A stretch of 64,000 nucleotides of DNA from Acidimicrobiia bacterium (lineage in GTDB: Bacteria > Actinomycetota > Acidimicrobiia > Spongiisociales > UBA11373): the NCBI GenBank assembly GCA_040878325.1, contig JBBDMM010000012.1, forward strand, positions 62,001 through 126,000. The letters run 5' to 3'. How positions within the stretch are numbered: the stretch's first letter is position 1; every line of letters begins with the position of its first letter. Shown one piece after another: positions 60,154-64,000 of the stretch. Below the pieces are notes generated by a model. That model had not been told where the DNA came from. It worked only from the letters and a program-made list of their open reading frames with translations, and did not search any database. The translations under genes were made by a program, and so were the position numbers.

Positions 60154-60879
60154 CTACCGATTGTTTCGAGGGCGCGCCCGGAGAATCCATCGGACCCCAA
60201 GCAGCCGCGGCAACTCGAGCTGGGCTGCCAGGAGTGGATCCCGGCTTGCCCGGGCCGGACCCACCCCGAGCTCGACCATGTCGTCGAGACCCCAACCGAC
60301 CCGGGCGGCGGCACCGAGCAACTCGGACATGGTGCGGTGGTGGAACCGGATCGGAAGCTCGCCCGCCTGTTCCTCGGTGAATCCGTGGGCGAAGTAGCGG
60401 CCCCACCGCCACAGCACTTCCCCGTCTGAAGGGTCGACCACCGGGGCGGAATCCGGGGCCGTGATCAGTGGATGGTTGGCGACCAGCGCCAGCACTCCCC
60501 CATCTTTGGTCACCCGGGCCGCCTCCTCGAGGAGCCGGACCCACTCGGTGAGGTGTTCCATCACCAGGATGATTGCCACCCCGTCTACGGAGTCATCTGC
60601 AATGAAGTCGATGTCGGGGAGCCGGCCGATCGCCACCGGGGCGTGGCCGCGGGCAACCGAGATCAGGCGGGGCGAGGCATCGATACCGATTCCACTCGAC
60701 CCGTTCGCAGCCAGAGCCTCCAGCAGCCGCCCTTCCCCGCACCCGAGGTCGAGATAGGTGTAAGCCGCCTGGGGTCGAAGCATCGCGAGCGCGAGCGGCA
60801 TCACCTCCTCGGCGTATGCCAGGTCGGAGGAGACCTCTCCAAGCCACCACTCGGCGAGATCCTCGCCCCACTCGGTCAC
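60154..60879 (-). CDS. Class I SAM-dependent methyltransferase
   Basis: LDLGCGEG, GIDAS, NHP; start GTG 60879 overlaps the stop of the last repeat unit. Confidence 0.88.
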   Translation of the reverse strand: MTEWGEDLAEWWLGEVSSDLAYAEEVMPLALAMLRPQAAYTYLDLGCGEGRLLEALAANGSSGIGIDASPRLISVARGHAPVAIGRLPDIDFIADDSVDGVAIILVMEHLTEWVRLLEEAARVTKDGGVLALVANHPLITAPDSAPVVDPSDGEVLWRWGRYFAHGFTEEQAGELPIRFHHRTMSELLGAAARVGWGLDDMVELGVGPARASRDPLLAAQLELPRLLGVRWILRARPRNNR

Positions 60880-61330
60880 GACCGGAGCACCTCCCGCAAG
60901 AACCTGCACTCGCAGACCGCCGCCATCGCATTCGGGGTCACGACCGGAGCACCTCCCGCAAGAACCTGCACTCGCAGACCGCCGCCATCGCATTCGGGGT
61001 CACGACCGGAGCACCTCCCGCAAGAACCTGCACTCGCAGACCGCCGCCATCGNNNNNNNNNNNNNNNNNNNNNNNNNNNNNNNNNNNNNNNNNNNNNNNN
61101 NNNNNNNNNNNNNNNNNNNNNNNNNNNNNNNNNNNNNNNNNNNNNNNNNNNNGACCGCCGCCATCGCATTCGGGGTCACGACCGGAGCACCTCCCGCAAG
61201 AACCTGCGGCCGCAGACCGCCGCCATCGCTTTCGGGGTCACGACCGGAGCACCTCCCGCAAGAACCTGCACTCGCAGACCGCCGCCATCGCTTTCGGGGT
61301 CACGACCGGAGCACCTCACGCAAGAACTTG
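60874..61330 (-). repeat. 62-bp tandem repeat (MIRU-like), at least 5 units, interrupted by an assembly gap
   Basis: TCAC junctions at 60876, 60938, 61000, 61176, 61238 and 61300; units nearly identical. Confidence 0.92.
61053..61152. other. Assembly gap (100 N)
   Basis: Run of N inside the tandem repeat. Confidence 0.99.
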
Positions 61331-63999
61331 CCCGTGTACGACTCGGACACCGCCGCCACCGCCTCCGGAGACCCTTCGGCGACGATGCGGCCGCCTTCTT
61401 CGCCGCCCTCCGGGCCGAGATCGATGATCCAGTCGGCCGACTTGACCACGTCGAGGTTGTGCTCGATCACCAGGACCGTATTCCCGCCATCGACCAGGCG
61501 CTGCAGCACCATCAACAACTTGCGGACATCCTCGAAGTGCAGGCCGGTTGTGGGCTCGTCGAGGATGTAAAAGGTCCTCCCGGTGGAGCGCTTGCCCAGT
61601 TCGCTGGCGAGCTTGACGCGCTGCGCTTCTCCCCCCGAAAGCGTCGGGGCAGGCTGCCCGAGGCGGATGTAGCCGAGGCCGACATCGAAGAAGGTCTGCA
61701 GCACGCGGGAGATACGGGGTTGATTCTCGAAGAAGTCGAGTGCCTCGCTGACGGACATCTCGAGCACATCGGAGATCGAGTGACCCTTCCAGAGGATCTC
61801 GAGCGTCTCCCGGTTATATCGCTTCCCCTTGCATTGCTCGCACGGGATATAGACGTCGGGCAGGAAGTGCATCTCTATCTTGATGGTGCCGTCGCCCTTG
61901 CAGGCCTCACAGCGCCCCCCGGACACGTTGAACGAGAACCGTCCCGGCTTGTAGCCGCGGGCGCGCGCCTCGGGCACCGATGAGTACAGCTCCCGAATCC
62001 GATCGAACACCTTCGTGTACGTCGCCGGGTTCGAACGAGGCGTGCGGCCGATCGGCGACTGATCGATGTCGATCGCCTTGTCGATCTTGTCGAGTCCTTC
62101 GACCCGCCGGTGGCGACCGGGGATGTCGCGAGCCCGGTATAGCTCGAAGTGCAGCGCCTTGGCGAGGATCTCCTCCACGAGCGTCGACTTGCCGCTGCCG
62201 GAGACTCCGGTGACCGCGATGAACATTCCGAGCGGAAACTCGACATCGAGGTCCTTGAGGTTGTTCTCGGTCGCTCCGATCACCTTGATCGACTCACCTG
62301 ATGGCTCGCGGCGTGCCGCCGGCGTGACCACGGACCTCCGCCCGGCCAGGTAGTCGCCGGTGATCGAGGTCTCTTCGGCGAGGATCGCGTCAAGGGTTCC
62401 TTCGGCAACGATCCGACCACCGTGCTCGCCAGCACCAGGGCCGATGTCCACGATGTGGTCGGCGACCCTGATGGTCTCCTCGTCGTGCTCGACGACGATG
62501 ACCGTGTTCCCCAGATCGCGCAGTCGGATCAGCGTCTCGATCAGTCGCTGGTTGTCGCGTTGATGGAGGCCGATCGACGGCTCGTCGAGGATGTACAGGA
62601 CCCCCACCAGACCCGAGCCGATCTGGGTCGCCAGCCGGATGCGCTGCGCCTCACCGCCGGCGAGAGTGGCGGCCCCGCGGGCGAGGGTCAGGTAGTCGAG
62701 GCCGACGTCGAGGAGGAAGCGCAGACGGGCGCCGATCTCTTTCAGGATGGCTTCGGCGATCGACTGGTCTCGATCGTCGAGTTTCAAGGCATCGATCGCG
62801 GCAAACGCATCCCGCAAGGAGAGCGTCGAGAGCTGATGGAGGTTCATACCCCCCACGGTGACCGCGAGCGAGACGGGATTGAGGCGAGACCCCTCGCAGC
62901 CGTCGCACGGGACAAGGCGCATGAACTGTTCGTACATCTCGCGCGCCGACTCGGAGTCGGCCCCTTCGTGGCGCCTGGTCAGCCACGGGATGAGACCCTC
63001 GTAGGCCGTCTGGTAGCGGCGCTGGCGGCCGAACCGATTGACGTACGACACGGTCACCGGCGTGTCGCCCGTCCCGTTGAGGACCACATCGAGGGCCTTC
63101 TTGCTGAGTTTCCTGAACGGGGTGTCCATCGAGAAGTTGTGAGTCGCCGCGACTCCTTCGAGGACCCGCTGGTAATAGGAGGCGCGATGGCGGCCCATCC
63201 ACGGGTTGATGGCGCCTCCGGCCAGCGATCGCTCGTCGTCGGGAACCGCCAACTGCCAGTCGACCTGGAACCTGGTGCCGAGCCCGTTGCATGCCGGGCA
63301 AGCGCCGTAGGGGCTGTTGAACGAGAAGTTGCGCGGCTGGAGCTCGTCGAAGGAGATGCCGCAGTGGTCGCAGGCGAGGTGCTGGCTGAAGGTGAGCACC
63401 GGACCGTCGGTCACGTCGACCACGGCGATGCCTTCGGCGAGGCGGAGGGCCGTTTCGAGCGAATCGGTGAGGCGCCGCTGGATGCCCTCCTTCTGAACGA
63501 GGCGGTCGACCACGACTTCGATCGTGTGCTGGAAGTAACGATCGAGTTTGATGTCCTCGGTGAGGTCGCGCACCTCGCCATCGATGCGCGCCCGGCTGAA
63601 CCCCTCGTGGCTCAGTTCCTTGAGGAGGGACTCGTACTCCCCTTTTCGTCCCCGCACCACCGGGGCGAGCACCTGAAACTTGGTGCCCTCCTCGAGCTCG
63701 AGGATCTGATCGACGATCTGTTGCGGGGTCTGCCTGGCGACTTCACGCCCGCACTGGGGGCAATGCGGCACTCCGATGCGGGCGAAGAGGAGCCGGAGGT
63801 AGTCGTGGATCTCGGTCACGGTGCCGACGGTGGAACGCGGGTTACGGCTCGACGTCTTCTGATCGATCGAGATCGCCGGCGAGAGCCCCTCGATGAACTC
63901 GACGTTCGGCTTCTCCATCTGACCGAGGAACTGGCGGGCGTACGCCGACAGGCTCTCCACGTACCGGCGCTGGCCCTCGGCGTAGATGGTGTCGAACGC
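61300..63999 (-). CDS. uvrA: Excinuclease ABC subunit A (5' end outside the window)
   Basis: [18 protein letters not shown], zinc fingers, [16 protein letters not shown]. Confidence 0.97.
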   Translation of the reverse strand, partial: AFDTIYAEGQRRYVESLSAYARQFLGQMEKPNVEFIEGLSPAISIDQKTSSRNPRSTVGTVTEIHDYLRLLFARIGVPHCPQCGREVARQTPQQIVDQILELEEGTKFQVLAPVVRGRKGEYESLLKELSHEGFSRARIDGEVRDLTEDIKLDRYFQHTIEVVVDRLVQKEGIQRRLTDSLETALRLAEGIAVVDVTDGPVLTFSQHLACDHCGISFDELQPRNFSFNSPYGACPACNGLGTRFQVDWQLAVPDDERSLAGGAINPWMGRHRASYYQRVLEGVAATHNFSMDTPFRKLSKKALDVVLNGTGDTPVTVSYVNRFGRQRRYQTAYEGLIPWLTRRHEGADSESAREMYEQFMRLVPCDGCEGSRLNPVSLAVTVGGMNLHQLSTLSLRDAFAAIDALKLDDRDQSIAEAILKEIGARLRFLLDVGLDYLTLARGAATLAGGEAQRIRLATQIGSGLVGVLYILDEPSIGLHQRDNQRLIETLIRLRDLGNTVIVVEHDEETIRVADHIVDIGPGAGEHGGRIVAEGTLDAILAEETSITGDYLAGRRSVVTPAARREPSGESIKVIGATENNLKDLDVEFPLGMFIAVTGVSGSGKSTLVEEILAKALHFELYRARDIPGRHRRVEGLDKIDKAIDIDQSPIGRTPRSNPATYTKVFDRIRELYSSVPEARARGYKPGRFSFNVSGGRCEACKGDGTIKIEMHFLPDVYIPCEQCKGKRYNRETLEILWKGHSISDVLEMSVSEALDFFENQPRISRVLQTFFDVGLGYIRLGQPAPTLSGGEAQRVKLASELGKRSTGRTFYILDEPTTGLHFEDVRKLLMVLQRLVDGGNTVLVIEHNLDVVKSADWIIDLGPEGGEEGGRIVAEGSPEAVAAVSESYTGKFLREVLRS

Positions 64000-64000
64000 C

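Noticed and set aside
60874..61330. CRISPR array
   Set aside because: Units are near-identical over their full 62 bp, with no unique spacers and no cas genes nearby.

Overview
High-GC actinobacterial chromosome segment, probably Acidimicrobiia-like (inferred from gene content), with one 100-N scaffold gap. Left part (1-19 kb): a complete Pup-proteasome/PafBC/Tat locus (trmI, fdx, arc, dop, pup, prcB, prcA, pafA, pafB, pafC, tatA/B, tatC, helY). Middle (19-33 kb): accessory genes, including a stress islet with three SigF/SigB-type promoters and two unannotated micropeptides, and a STAND adenylate cyclase. 33-39.4 kb: an integrated element at the 3' end of tRNA-Leu(GAG). It carries a Rep_trans rolling-circle initiator, a 30-aa coupled ORF, a large serine recombinase that reads through the whole tRNA gene antisense, and SIR2-like DUF4917 cargo. 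Its left side has three direct copies of the att core (TGTGTCGGAGAGCC), defining nested cassettes and alternative recombinase C-termini; this is the best candidate for an undescribed system. Right part (39.4-64 kb): a peptide ABC transporter with three solute-binding proteins, secG, gpmA, tpiA, pgk, yvcK, rapZ, ogt, uvrC and partial uvrA (whiA and gap are absent from their usual position). A 62-bp MIRU-like tandem repeat there encodes 21-aa peptides chained by GTGA overlaps between uvrA and a methyltransferase. All calls come from motif reading only; no database searches were run.
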